Of a DNA stretch of 64,000 nt, positions 1 to 8,881 are shown piece by piece (the stretch's first letter is position 1; the number at the start of each line of letters is the position of its first letter). A program made the position numbers and the translations under genes. Source of the DNA: an uncultured Pseudomonadales bacterium (GTDB taxonomy: Bacteria > Patescibacteriota > Microgenomatia > UBA1400 > PJMF01); NCBI GenBank assembly GCA_964633875.1, contig CAZWKL010000004.1, positions 1,971-65,970 of the forward strand. Reading direction: 5' to 3'. A model generated the notes under the pieces. It was given only the letters and a program-made list of their open reading frames with translations, searched no databases and was not told where the DNA came from.

Positions 1-159
1 ACAGGTTAAGCCTAGCTGTACTAAGAGTCTATTGAACATAATTTAATGATGCTACTGACACTAATTAAGTATGTTGAGTTCTGGCAATCATGACAGTATC
101 TTCACCTGTTAGGGTGTTTAAAAAACCTTAACAAACCAAATAAAGAAAAAGCGTTTTAT

Positions 160-276
160 TCTGGTCTCCTGAGCGAGGTGGAACCAACTCTTCTCCATCC
201 CGAACAGAGTCTTGAAACGCCTCAGCGCTGACAATAATGCCCGGGCAACTGGGTGTGAAGATAGGTCGAGGCCAGA
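160..276 (+). rRNA. rrf: 5S ribosomal RNA
   Basis: Conserved 5S motifs (CCATCCCGAACAGAG, GGTGTGAAGATAGGTCGAGGCCAGA) with a terminal helix TCTGGTCTC/GAGGCCAGA. Flanked by an AAAAGCG/CGCTTTT processing stem and a T-run. Confidence 0.85.
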
Positions 277-278
277 AT

Positions 279-292
279 CAAGCGCTTTTTTT
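279..292 (+). terminator. T-tract after the 5S rRNA precursor stem
   Basis: CGCTTTTTTT pairs back to AAAAAGCG at 147-154, forming a processing stalk, and is followed by a U-run. Confidence 0.4.
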
Positions 293-349
293 GTGGATCA
301 GTGATTTGAAAAGTTTTTCCTGAGGAAGTGAGTGGGAATGGAAGGAGTT

Positions 350-1906
350 CTAACTTTCCCTCTTTTCCAGCTGGTTGGAAATCCAGAAACTCCACACACC
401 TGAAGTAATGAAGAACAGTCCTCCAAAAATCAGGGCAAAAGTAGTGCCAACCGAGCCGGCTTCCATTAAGCTGCTATCGGTGGCTACGCCGCCCTTGCTG
501 GTTTCGGCAGAGTCGGTGGCCGGTGTGGCCGCAGGCGTGGCTGATTCAGTGGCGGTTAGATCTGGTGTAGACTCTGGAGTCGGTTCTGGGGTGGGCGTTG
601 GCGTAGCCATTGGGTAAGGGCTATTGGTGCTGAAGGGGCCATCTTGACCTGCTTGGTTTTCTTGAGCCTCTGCTGTCGGGATCAGGCCAGCCAACGTCAC
701 CCAAAAAGTTCTAGTAGTAGTGATTTCTTCTCCAGTTTCGTCGGTGTAAGTAAAGGTAGCAGTGTGTTCGCCTGGTTCCAGACTTTCTTCAAGTTGGGAC
801 AGATCGATAGTAAACTCACCATTTTCGTCACTGACAAGATCGGCTTCAACTACATTTTCTGAATTAATAGTAATTTTTACTAGAGTAGAAGGAGCAACAC
901 GGCCCTTAATAATAGGATTGGAAGTGGTGACAGTTTGTTCTTCTTCAAGATTGAGGTCGACAATATGATTTTCTTCAACCGGCTGTTCCACTGCTTTTTC
1001 AGCTTCTGTTCCCAGGCCAGTGACTACATTTTCATCTATTGCTTCCGTTACATTAGCGCTTTCAGTGCTATCGATATTATCAGTGTGATCGGCAAAATCT
1101 TCCAGCTCGGCGTCTTCAGCCAGCGGCCCATCTTCAGGTTCGGGCATGACAATGTCGTTACTGCCTAAAGTAATAGCGGGGAAAGGATGAGCATCGGCAA
1201 TTTTGGCTGTAAAAGTAGAGAACAAATTGACCGACTCACCTTGTGCGTAAATAGTGATTTCATCGGTGTCTTGGATTTCCGCGTAAGCGCCGGTGGAAGT
1301 TCTGGCATCAGACAGAGGCACGGCCCAGCTGCCGGATGTAGAAACGAGCGAGGACATTTCTTGCATATCGCTGCCGGTGACGTAAACGATAGCTCCATCT
1401 GCTGGCGCGCCTGCAGGCGTGAGAACCGAACCGGAAATGGTGCGTGCTGCCGGGGGAGTGTTGGCTCGGCCGGCCGTGGTGATGCTGAAAGGCGCGCCAT
1501 TATTATCAAAAGTGTTTTTGTCCGTGCCGATTAGAAAATAATACTGCGTACTCGGCTGAACTCCTCGAATAGTCACATAATGCAGCTTATACTTACCCAC
1601 AGTACCACTGACTTGATCGCGGTTGTCACTAGCTTGAGAATCCAGTTTTTTCGATTCCGCACCGTACTTCACAAACCCGGTGCTGGCTTCATCAGTCAGA
1701 AATGAAACCGCGAAACTGCGGTCGGTAACGTTAGTAATCCGAACTTGTTTGGGCGTGGTTTCCGGAGTCGCTCTGGGCGCAAAAACGCCGGGTCCTTCGC
1801 CAAGGAAAAGGGTGCCGGCGATTAAAGCCACCACCAAAATCACTAAACCAATAATAGTTGGAATTCTTTTTTGTGAAATTTTGCCGGACAGAGCACTATT
1901 TTTCAT
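350..1906 (-). CDS. Surface protein with an N-terminal signal-anchor, an Fn3/purple-acid-phosphatase-N-like domain, a Pro/Thr-rich linker and a C-terminal TM anchor
   Basis: 518-aa ORF with a hydrophobic N-terminus (IIGLVILVVALIAGTLFL), a PT-rich tract (ATPTPTPEPTPESTP) and a terminal TM (FALIFGGLFFITSGVW). It lies next to the pilN/pilO-like genes. Confidence 0.55.
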   Translation of the reverse strand: MKNSALSGKISQKRIPTIIGLVILVVALIAGTLFLGEGPGVFAPRATPETTPKQVRITNVTDRSFAVSFLTDEASTGFVKYGAESKKLDSQASDNRDQVSGTVGKYKLHYVTIRGVQPSTQYYFLIGTDKNTFDNNGAPFSITTAGRANTPPAARTISGSVLTPAGAPADGAIVYVTGSDMQEMSSLVSTSGSWAVPLSDARTSTGAYAEIQDTDEITIYAQGESVNLFSTFTAKIADAHPFPAITLGSNDIVMPEPEDGPLAEDAELEDFADHTDNIDSTESANVTEAIDENVVTGLGTEAEKAVEQPVEENHIVDLNLEEEQTVTTSNPIIKGRVAPSTLVKITINSENVVEADLVSDENGEFTIDLSQLEESLEPGEHTATFTYTDETGEEITTTRTFWVTLAGLIPTAEAQENQAGQDGPFSTNSPYPMATPTPTPEPTPESTPDLTATESATPAATPATDSAETSKGGVATDSSLMEAGSVGTTFALIFGGLFFITSGVWSFWISNQLEKRES

Positions 1907-2019
1907 TTATTCCCACAATCACAATATTAGCGGTCAACGCGCCTATCTTCACTTTAGAGAAGATTAGTCGAGAACGCAACGCGAAGAAGAAGCGAAGAAT
2001 ATTATCAAAAAAGGACAAA

Positions 2020-2565
2020 CTAGATCGGATTTTCAACATTGCCTCCACTGTTTTCGACTGACTGGTTGGGATTTATTGGTTGGGTTGGCGGCTCAGGAGT
2101 TGCCGGCAAAACCTGTTCTTGAGGGGAATCATTAATCACCATGTCGCTGGTGTCTTGACCAGTGTCGCTACCTCCAGCCAATGGACTTTCCACATTGCTC
2201 TCCGCTGCGACATTTTCCTCAGAATTATTTTCCAAAAACTCCTCTGTCTCTGTTTCGATTGGTACGACATATTTATTACCGTCACTACCGCGCAAAATTT
2301 TGTAAATTGTGAAATTTGTTAGTTCACTTTCGGTATAAAAGGGTTTTCTCGCCAATTCATCAATTACCTCAGCATTGATCACCGGTTGCAACGCCGCCGC
2401 CATTTCTTTTTGCGCCGCGGTGATAACAGTTTGCTGTTGTGAAGCAAAGAGACTGGCTGCCCCCCAGACAAACAAAAGGGTAAATAACAAAACGCCAATC
2501 ACCAAAAAAGTTTGGTTTTGCTTGATTTTATCTAGTTCTTGTCCGATGGTTAGTTGGCTTGCCAT
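2020..2565 (-). CDS. Bitopic membrane protein of unknown function in the pilus-assembly cluster, possibly PilP/PilO-like
   Basis: 181 aa with a single N-terminal TM and an acidic C-terminus. It follows pilO on the same strand with a 1-nt gap. Confidence 0.45.
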   Translation of the reverse strand: MASQLTIGQELDKIKQNQTFLVIGVLLFTLLFVWGAASLFASQQQTVITAAQKEMAAALQPVINAEVIDELARKPFYTESELTNFTIYKILRGSDGNKYVVPIETETEEFLENNSEENVAAESNVESPLAGGSDTGQDTSDMVINDSPQEQVLPATPEPPTQPINPNQSVENSGGNVENPI

Positions 2566-2566
2566 A

Positions 2567-3193
2567 TTATTTCTTTACAACTACTCCAAAATAAGGGAAG
2601 CTCATGGTCATTCTTGCTGACAACTCCCGATTGTCGTCGCTGTCACTTAGAGAAAAAGTCACACTGTCCACCACCACCGCACGCCTATTGGCCTGAAGCG
2701 CAGCAACAAAACCCCTGATAGCAAGATAATCTCCCATCACACTCATGTTGAGCGGCAGATTGGTTAACTCTTTTTGTCTGCTTCCTGCTTGGTTGTTTTC
2801 TTCTGCTGGAATTTCGTTAACGCTGAGATTTTGAATGACTACCTGATTATCAACGGCAATTTTTTCAATAATTTTGAGGTTGTGAATCAATTCGGGTTCT
2901 TCAGGAATGGCTTGGTTGAGCAAAGGCAGGCGTTCTTCCACCCGGCGGTACTCATTTTGAGCAGTGTTGAGAGCGGCAATTTTTCTCTCCAGCAAGGTGT
3001 TATGCTGGCGTTTGTCATCAATTTCCTTCAGCAAATTAGACATGGTCACCAAGGTAGGTCTGATGGCAAAAGCGCCCAAGAAAAGCACCAGCCCGATTGA
3101 TAAAAACAACTCCATGGAAACTTTTGCTACCGGATTTTGGTAGAAGTGAAGTAGGGCGCTGGATAGTTGTTTTTTTCTGCTCGTTGTTACCAT
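2567..3193 (-). CDS. pilO: Type IV pilus assembly protein, PilO-like
   Basis: 208 aa with an N-terminal TM followed by a coiled-coil and a C-terminal alpha/beta domain. Same strand and tightly spaced after the pilN-like gene. Confidence 0.5.
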   Translation of the reverse strand: MVTTSRKKQLSSALLHFYQNPVAKVSMELFLSIGLVLFLGAFAIRPTLVTMSNLLKEIDDKRQHNTLLERKIAALNTAQNEYRRVEERLPLLNQAIPEEPELIHNLKIIEKIAVDNQVVIQNLSVNEIPAEENNQAGSRQKELTNLPLNMSVMGDYLAIRGFVAALQANRRAVVVDSVTFSLSDSDDNRELSARMTMSFPYFGVVVKK

Positions 3194-3211
3194 ATTTGCT
3201 GATTTTAAATT

Positions 3212-3787
3212 TTATGATTCCTCAACCACTCTCACACTTAGTCCGGTTTTAGCTTTAAGGCTGAATTCATAGCCGGGGCGGCCTTCTTCTTGATTACTAA
3301 TTTCATCTACTCTAATATCAGAAAAGTGTTGCGAAAGTTGCAGGTTATTAATCAATAAATTAAGATTGTCTTGGGTAGCGGTGGTGCCTGCCAAAGAAAC
3401 TTCATCTTTCAGAATTCTCAATTCCGAAACGTCAATGCCCGGCGGCGTGACTTCGGAAATATAGGCGAAAATATCAACCAAGTTTTTATCCTTATTTATT
3501 TGTTCAATTTGTTTAGTTTTTTCCTGTACAGAGCGAAAATTCTGTTCGAGTTCACCATATGATTGAATGATGGCCTCGTTGTCTGTAATTTCAGTGTTAA
3601 TATTGGTGAGTTGACGGTCCAAAGTAAACCGCGCTAAGAAACTCATAATCACCACCACTTCAGTAAAGATGACAATGTAGCGGCCAGCCGACAGCGCCCA
3701 CTTCAAAGTTTTGCCAATAGCAGTCTCAAAAAATGGATCTTTGGGCAGTAGATTAATCTTAATGGCGACAGGCTTTTTTCTTTTCAT
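3212..3787 (-). CDS. pilN: Type IV pilus assembly protein, PilN-like
   Basis: Carries the N-terminal INLLP motif (KINLLPKDPF) typical of PilN, followed by a TM and a coiled-coil. Confidence 0.6.
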   Translation of the reverse strand: MKRKKPVAIKINLLPKDPFFETAIGKTLKWALSAGRYIVIFTEVVVIMSFLARFTLDRQLTNINTEITDNEAIIQSYGELEQNFRSVQEKTKQIEQINKDKNLVDIFAYISEVTPPGIDVSELRILKDEVSLAGTTATQDNLNLLINNLQLSQHFSDIRVDEISNQEEGRPGYEFSLKAKTGLSVRVVEES

Positions 3788-3828
3788 GGCGCAGGCTGGC
3801 GATTGATATATATACTATATACCAATTT

Positions 3829-5529
3829 TTAGAGTGAGTCATCCTCCCCACCTGAGTCAATAAGGATTTCTTCAGACTTAGACAGCGTTTTCTGCCATCT
3901 GCCCAGCGACCTCATGATGGTGGTCAAAATTCTCAGTTCCCAAATATCAAACAGAGCAGCAAAGTAAATATAAACCAGCATGCCGATGGTGCTGGTGGTA
4001 ATCGTTAAACCGATTAGTTCTACTGTTCGGGAAGTATTAAAGACCAGTTCATCCAGTACTTTGAAAGGCAAGTAGAGTGAAACAGCCATCAGAAAGCTGG
4101 CCATAGTCATCTTGAGCTGAGGCACCAACAGGCTTTTGGAAAGAATACCACCGATTTTTTTGTGCAGCAGCACGATAAACAACACCAGTTCCAGAATGGC
4201 GGTGAGCGCCAAAATGACAGCAATACCGACTATGCCCCAGTCAGTCAAGTACATGAGCAAACTGGTGCCGGCGAAAAAGAAGACTACCGTGCCGACGGTG
4301 ATGTAGAAAGGCGTTCGGGTATCTTTAAGTGCATAAAAAGTTCTGATCAAAAGCTGCACCATGGCTTGAGCAGCAATTGAGAGCGAGATAATGGCCACTG
4401 TCCGGCCGGTAATCAGTGTCAGCGCCCAGGGAAAATTTCTGGTTCCAAAAACCAAACGAACGATGGGAATTCTCAAAATTAGGATTAAAACAGAAGCGGG
4501 GAAGGCCAAAAAGGAAATTTGGTTGAGCGACTGTACTACCAAGTGCCTGAACCCTCTCAAATCTTTCTCTCCAGCTTCCTGGGATAAAAACGGCAGTGAA
4601 GCCTGGCCAATGGGTGTGCCAAACAATCTGATGGGAATGGTGATCAACAGCGTAGCCAGACGGATGACTACAAAACTTAAGTTCCCTACCGAGGTGGCAA
4701 AAAAGGCCAGCCCGAGTTTTTGTACCTCACCCACTCCTATGGTCAGGACTCTGGCGGGGATCAAGCTGAACAGTCTTTTGACACCAACAAAGTTGGTGTT
4801 GAGGGAGAAAACCGGCTTAAAGCCCAATCTAACTGCCAAAGGGACTTGGATCAGCATGTGGGTCAAAGCGCCAAAACAAACGCCAACGCCGGCTGAATAG
4901 ATTCCCAGATATGGTGTGAACAAATAGACGCCCAGCACGATGCCGATGTTGTAAAGAATCGGGGCAATACTGGGCAAAATAAACCGCTGGTATGACTGCA
5001 GCACTCCGGAAAGCATATTGGAGATGGCAAAGAAAACCTGTGCCAGCAGCATTACTTTGGTGAGATTGGCAGCGATCTCTACTTGCCGTTGAGAAAATTC
5101 AACACCCGTTCTCCAGGCAGTAATCGGCTCCGCAAAAACAAAAACAATCACGGCGGCGATAATAAAAACAATCAGCAAAATGTTCAAAACAATCCCGCTC
5201 ATGGCGAAAGCGTCTTTTTCGCTTTCTTTTTTGAGGTTGGAGAAAACCGGAATAAAAGCAGCTGACAGCGCGCCCAACACAATCAGTTGGAACATCATAT
5301 CAGGCACTTGGAAGGCCACGAGCAGCGCTTCGTAGGCTTCCTGGGAAGCATCGGTGTTAAAAAATTTATTGATCAGCAGCCATTCTCTGGCCAAGCCCGA
5401 CAAAGAGGAAATAATGTTGGCGCCGGTAATAATCGCCGCTGCGGACAGAATGGTAGTTTGTTGTTTTTCGAGCCATTTTGTCTGGTTAGCGAACACTTTT
5501 GGCAGTGGTAAATTTGGCAGTGCAAACAT
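3829..5529 (-). CDS. murJ: Lipid II flippase MurJ (MviN)
   Basis: 566 aa, polytopic, with MurJ-like N-terminal helices (ILSAAAIITGANIISSLSGLAREWLL). The exact start is uncertain. Confidence 0.8.
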   Translation of the reverse strand: MFALPNLPLPKVFANQTKWLEKQQTTILSAAAIITGANIISSLSGLAREWLLINKFFNTDASQEAYEALLVAFQVPDMMFQLIVLGALSAAFIPVFSNLKKESEKDAFAMSGIVLNILLIVFIIAAVIVFVFAEPITAWRTGVEFSQRQVEIAANLTKVMLLAQVFFAISNMLSGVLQSYQRFILPSIAPILYNIGIVLGVYLFTPYLGIYSAGVGVCFGALTHMLIQVPLAVRLGFKPVFSLNTNFVGVKRLFSLIPARVLTIGVGEVQKLGLAFFATSVGNLSFVVIRLATLLITIPIRLFGTPIGQASLPFLSQEAGEKDLRGFRHLVVQSLNQISFLAFPASVLILILRIPIVRLVFGTRNFPWALTLITGRTVAIISLSIAAQAMVQLLIRTFYALKDTRTPFYITVGTVVFFFAGTSLLMYLTDWGIVGIAVILALTAILELVLFIVLLHKKIGGILSKSLLVPQLKMTMASFLMAVSLYLPFKVLDELVFNTSRTVELIGLTITTSTIGMLVYIYFAALFDIWELRILTTIMRSLGRWQKTLSKSEEILIDSGGEDDSL

Positions 5530-5637
5530 GGATTTTAGTATAGCGCATTTATGGAGATTTATGACAGCAATCCGAGGTCAAAACTCCTTTATCTTTCCCC
5601 TTTGAAAACCCGGGCGAGTGAGGTATAATTTCCCCCT

Positions 5638-5877
5638 ATGCCGATACTATCTAATGCCAAAAAAGCTCTCAGAGTCAGCAAGCGAAAAACCGCCGTTAAC
5701 ACCCCTGTCCGTTCTCAGATGAAGACTAAGATTAAAAAATTCAGACTTGATCCATCTCAGGACATCATTGGCGAAACTTTTTCTTCCATTGACCGCGCGG
5801 CCAAAAAGAATTTGATTCACCAAAACAAAGCGGCCAGATTGAAGAGCCAGCTCACTAATTTACTTCCAAAAAAATAA
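5638..5877 (+). CDS. rpsT: 30S ribosomal protein S20
   Basis: 79 aa, SNAKKALRVSKRK...LIHQNKAARLKS, matching the S20 signature. A -10-like GGTATAAT lies upstream. Confidence 0.85.
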   Translation: MPILSNAKKALRVSKRKTAVNTPVRSQMKTKIKKFRLDPSQDIIGETFSSIDRAAKKNLIHQNKAARLKSQLTNLLPKK

Positions 5878-5960
5878 AGCGGGAGAATTCCAGTCTTTAC
5901 CTCTATTGCTGTCGCTTTTACTCAAAGTACAAAAAGTACCAATAGTACAATAGAAGTTCT

Positions 5961-7766
5961 ATGCAAAGTATGATCAGGAATTTTTCCATTATTGCTCACA
6001 TTGATCACGGTAAAACTACCCTGACCGATCGTCTTTTGCGTCTGACCAATACTATTTCCGGCAAGCACCTGCGTGACCGGTTTATGGATTCCAACCCGAT
6101 TGAGCAGGAGCGCGGGATTACTATTAAGTTGGCCCCGGCCAGGATGGAGTACTCTTATCAGGGCGAAAAAGCTCCTCAAGGAAAATATATTCTGAATTTG
6201 ATTGATACTCCGGGCCATGTTGATTTTGGCTACGAAGTTAGCCGCTCTTTGGCGGCTTGTGAGGGAGTTTTGCTGGTGGTTGATGCTACTCAGGGCATTC
6301 AGGCTCAGACTTTGTCTAATTTTGAACAAGCTAAAGCTCTGGGCTTGACCATTGTTCCGGTGTTGAACAAAATTGATTTGCCTTCTGCCGAGCCGGAACG
6401 GGCAATGCTGGAAATCATGGATTTAACCGGTTGCGATGACAGCGAGATTATTGCTGTTTCTGCCAAGACTGGCAGCAATGTGACGGCGGTTTTGGACGCG
6501 GTGGTGGAAAAAATTCCTGCGCCTGCCGGCAATCAAAACGACCCGCTCAGAGCGCTCCTGATCACTTCCCATTTTGATTTGCACAAAGGGGCGATTGGCT
6601 TGATCCGCGTGGTGGACGGCGAGCTGTCCAAAAAAAACACGCTGCAGTTCGTGGCCTCAGACGAAATGATCACCTCGCTGGAAGTGGGCATTTTTGCCCC
6701 GGAAATGAAGCCGGTGGAAAAACTCAGCGCCGGCGAAGTGGGTTACGTAGCCACCGGCATGAAAGACATTCGTTTTTTGAAAATCGGCGACACCATGACT
6801 ACAGCCAGCGCCAGGCAAACAATCAAGCCTTTGCCAGGTTATCGCGAGCCGATCCCGATGGTTTTTATGGAACTCTACCCACTTGATGCCAGCGAGTTTA
6901 CTCTGTTGCAGGACGCGATGGAAAAATTGGCGCTGCGTGACGCGGCGCTGAAATTTTCCGGCACCAACTCGGTGGCGCTTGGCAGCGGCTTGCGGGTGGG
7001 TTTCTTGGGCATTTTGCACGCCGAAATTGTGATTGAACGGCTACAGCGCGAGTTTAACCTGGAAATTATTGCTACTCTGCCTTCGGTGACTTACAAAATC
7101 AGGCTGGTCAACGAAAGTGAAGAGTTTGAGATTCACACTCCGGGAGAAATGCCCGACCCCTCGCAAATTACCGAAATCAGAGAGCCGGTAGTAACCATGA
7201 CCATCTATGCTCCGCATGAGCAGGCTGGAGACGTTTTGTCTTTGGTTCGGGAGCGCCGGGGTGAGTTTGTGACCAGTCTGCCGGTGGGCAACCGGACTAA
7301 GCTCACTTGCACCATGCCATTGGCGGAGTTAATCACTGATTTCCATGATGTACTGAAATCGGTCACTTCCGGTTATGCTTCAATGGAATACTCGGTGACT
7401 GCGTTTGAAAAAGTTGACGCGGTTAAGGTGTCGATTCTGCTCAACAAAGAGCCGGTCGAAGCCCTGAGTTTCATTGCTGTTAGGGAAAAGGCAGAAAGCC
7501 GTGGCCGGGAAATGGTGGCCAAGCTGAAAGAGGTCTTGCCCAGACAGATGTTTGAACTGCCGATCCAGGCCAGTATTGGCAGTAAAGTTGTGGCCCGCGA
7601 AACTCTGAAGGCTTTCCGGAAGGACGTGACCGCTAAACTTTATGGTGGTGATGTGACCAGGCGAAAAAAATTACTTTCCAAGCAAGCTAAAGGTAAGAAA
7701 CGGATGAAGCAGTTTGGCAAAGTGGCAATTGATCAGGAAACATTTTTGAAAATTCTCAAGCGTTAG
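5961..7766 (+). CDS. lepA: Elongation factor 4 (LepA)
   Basis: IRNFSIIAHIDHGKTTL G-domain and LepA C-terminal domain. Alternative start at the second ATG (+9 nt). Confidence 0.9.
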   Translation: MQSMIRNFSIIAHIDHGKTTLTDRLLRLTNTISGKHLRDRFMDSNPIEQERGITIKLAPARMEYSYQGEKAPQGKYILNLIDTPGHVDFGYEVSRSLAACEGVLLVVDATQGIQAQTLSNFEQAKALGLTIVPVLNKIDLPSAEPERAMLEIMDLTGCDDSEIIAVSAKTGSNVTAVLDAVVEKIPAPAGNQNDPLRALLITSHFDLHKGAIGLIRVVDGELSKKNTLQFVASDEMITSLEVGIFAPEMKPVEKLSAGEVGYVATGMKDIRFLKIGDTMTTASARQTIKPLPGYREPIPMVFMELYPLDASEFTLLQDAMEKLALRDAALKFSGTNSVALGSGLRVGFLGILHAEIVIERLQREFNLEIIATLPSVTYKIRLVNESEEFEIHTPGEMPDPSQITEIREPVVTMTIYAPHEQAGDVLSLVRERRGEFVTSLPVGNRTKLTCTMPLAELITDFHDVLKSVTSGYASMEYSVTAFEKVDAVKVSILLNKEPVEALSFIAVREKAESRGREMVAKLKEVLPRQMFELPIQASIGSKVVARETLKAFRKDVTAKLYGGDVTRRKKLLSKQAKGKKRMKQFGKVAIDQETFLKILKR

Positions 7767-7814
7767 TGTGCCAAGCGTTAGCTTTTTCAGGCAGACAAAT
7801 GTTATAATTGCTAT

Positions 7815-8534
7815 ATGCCTGAAATTTTTGACAGCGGGGATTTGCAAGGGGATCTGAAAACTAAAAAAGAAAATTCTCCTGCCAAAGTTTCCCCCAAGAG
7901 TAAAAAAGAAAAGTCTAACCACTGGCACCGTCATGTAGACGATTACTCCAACGTCATGCGCAGCGAAAAAGCCACGGAGGATCATTTTTCTTGGTATATC
8001 CCCAAACCCAAGCGGATGTCATTCAGTGAACAAGAGCAAGATGAGCATCTAATTTTAGTTTTGCGTCAGCACCCAATCACTCAGTTGAAATGGTTTTTGT
8101 TGGCCGTAGTGTTGTCAATCATGCCGTTTTTATTTATTACCACCGGCATGTTTAATTTTCTACCCGACAGATTTTATCTTGCGGGATTTATTGGTTGGTA
8201 TTTGCTGGTGGCCGGGTACGTAATCGAAGCGCTGCTGAAGTGGTTTTACAATGTTTACATCATTACCGATGAAAGAATTGTTGATGTCGATTTCCACTCG
8301 CTTTTAAGCAGGAATATTTCTTCTGCTAAAATTGACAAAATTGAAGACGTGACAGCCATTACTACTGGTTTTTTGGCCGCAGTTTTTGACTATGGGAAGG
8401 TAGAGATTCAGACGGCGGCAGAAAAGCGCGAATTTGAGTTTGGAGGTATCCCCAATCCCAACAGGGTAGCTACTTTGATTAACGAACTCCTGCTTGAGGA
8501 AGAGTTGGAAAAAGTTGAAGGGAGGGTGAGATGA
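7815..8534 (+). CDS. Membrane protein with a bacterial PH (bPH_2/YdbT-like) domain
   Basis: Two TM helices followed by YIITDERIVDVDF...GKVEIQTAAE...FEFGGIPNP, typical of bPH_2. A TGTTATAAT -10 lies 6 nt before the ATG, consistent with a leaderless mRNA. Confidence 0.55.
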   Translation: MPEIFDSGDLQGDLKTKKENSPAKVSPKSKKEKSNHWHRHVDDYSNVMRSEKATEDHFSWYIPKPKRMSFSEQEQDEHLILVLRQHPITQLKWFLLAVVLSIMPFLFITTGMFNFLPDRFYLAGFIGWYLLVAGYVIEALLKWFYNVYIITDERIVDVDFHSLLSRNISSAKIDKIEDVTAITTGFLAAVFDYGKVEIQTAAEKREFEFGGIPNPNRVATLINELLLEEELEKVEGRVR

Positions 8535-8800
8535 TCAATTTATTTCAAGCCACAATTTCATCCCAGCCGTTTGCCAGCCCTCTGCTTGCTTCGCCTGAAG
8601 CTTTGTTTTATGGTTTTTTGAAAGTTATTTTTGTGGTTGGCGCTCTGCTTTATTTAATTTTTGCTGTCTTAATTATTAGGCAAGTCGGCCTGATGAGCAG
8701 AACCATCGTGACTGGTCCATCAGCATTGCTGAAAACTTTGGTGTTGGCTCATTTTTTCGTGGCAGGCGTGGTCTTTCTATTTTTCACTTTTATCCTGTAG
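8531..8800 (+). CDS. Small two-TM membrane protein
   Basis: 89-aa hydrophobic ORF overlapping the upstream stop codon by 4 nt (ATGA). Confidence 0.4.
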   Translation: MINLFQATISSQPFASPLLASPEALFYGFLKVIFVVGALLYLIFAVLIIRQVGLMSRTIVTGPSALLKTLVLAHFFVAGVVFLFFTFIL

Positions 8801-8881
8801 AGAATTAAAACTTACCCAATCCGACAAAAATTTGCTTTAACCGCATAGAAGTGATACAAAATAATCATTAGTATCTCGTTT

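Noticed and set aside
1-135. Possible 3' end of 23S rRNA preceding the 5S gene (GGTTAAGC and GTACTAA resemble 23S terminal helix motifs)
   Set aside because: Only two short motif matches. The surrounding sequence does not follow the conserved 23S 3'-terminal region, and the strand and orientation logic is ambiguous. It is not supportable from 135 nt.
375-1534. Stack of plus-strand ORFs (375..617, 644..862, 762..968, 935..1168, 1187..1534) inside the 350..1906 gene
   Set aside because: Shadow ORFs antisense to a long coding gene with coherent domain structure. They have no RBS and low-complexity translations.
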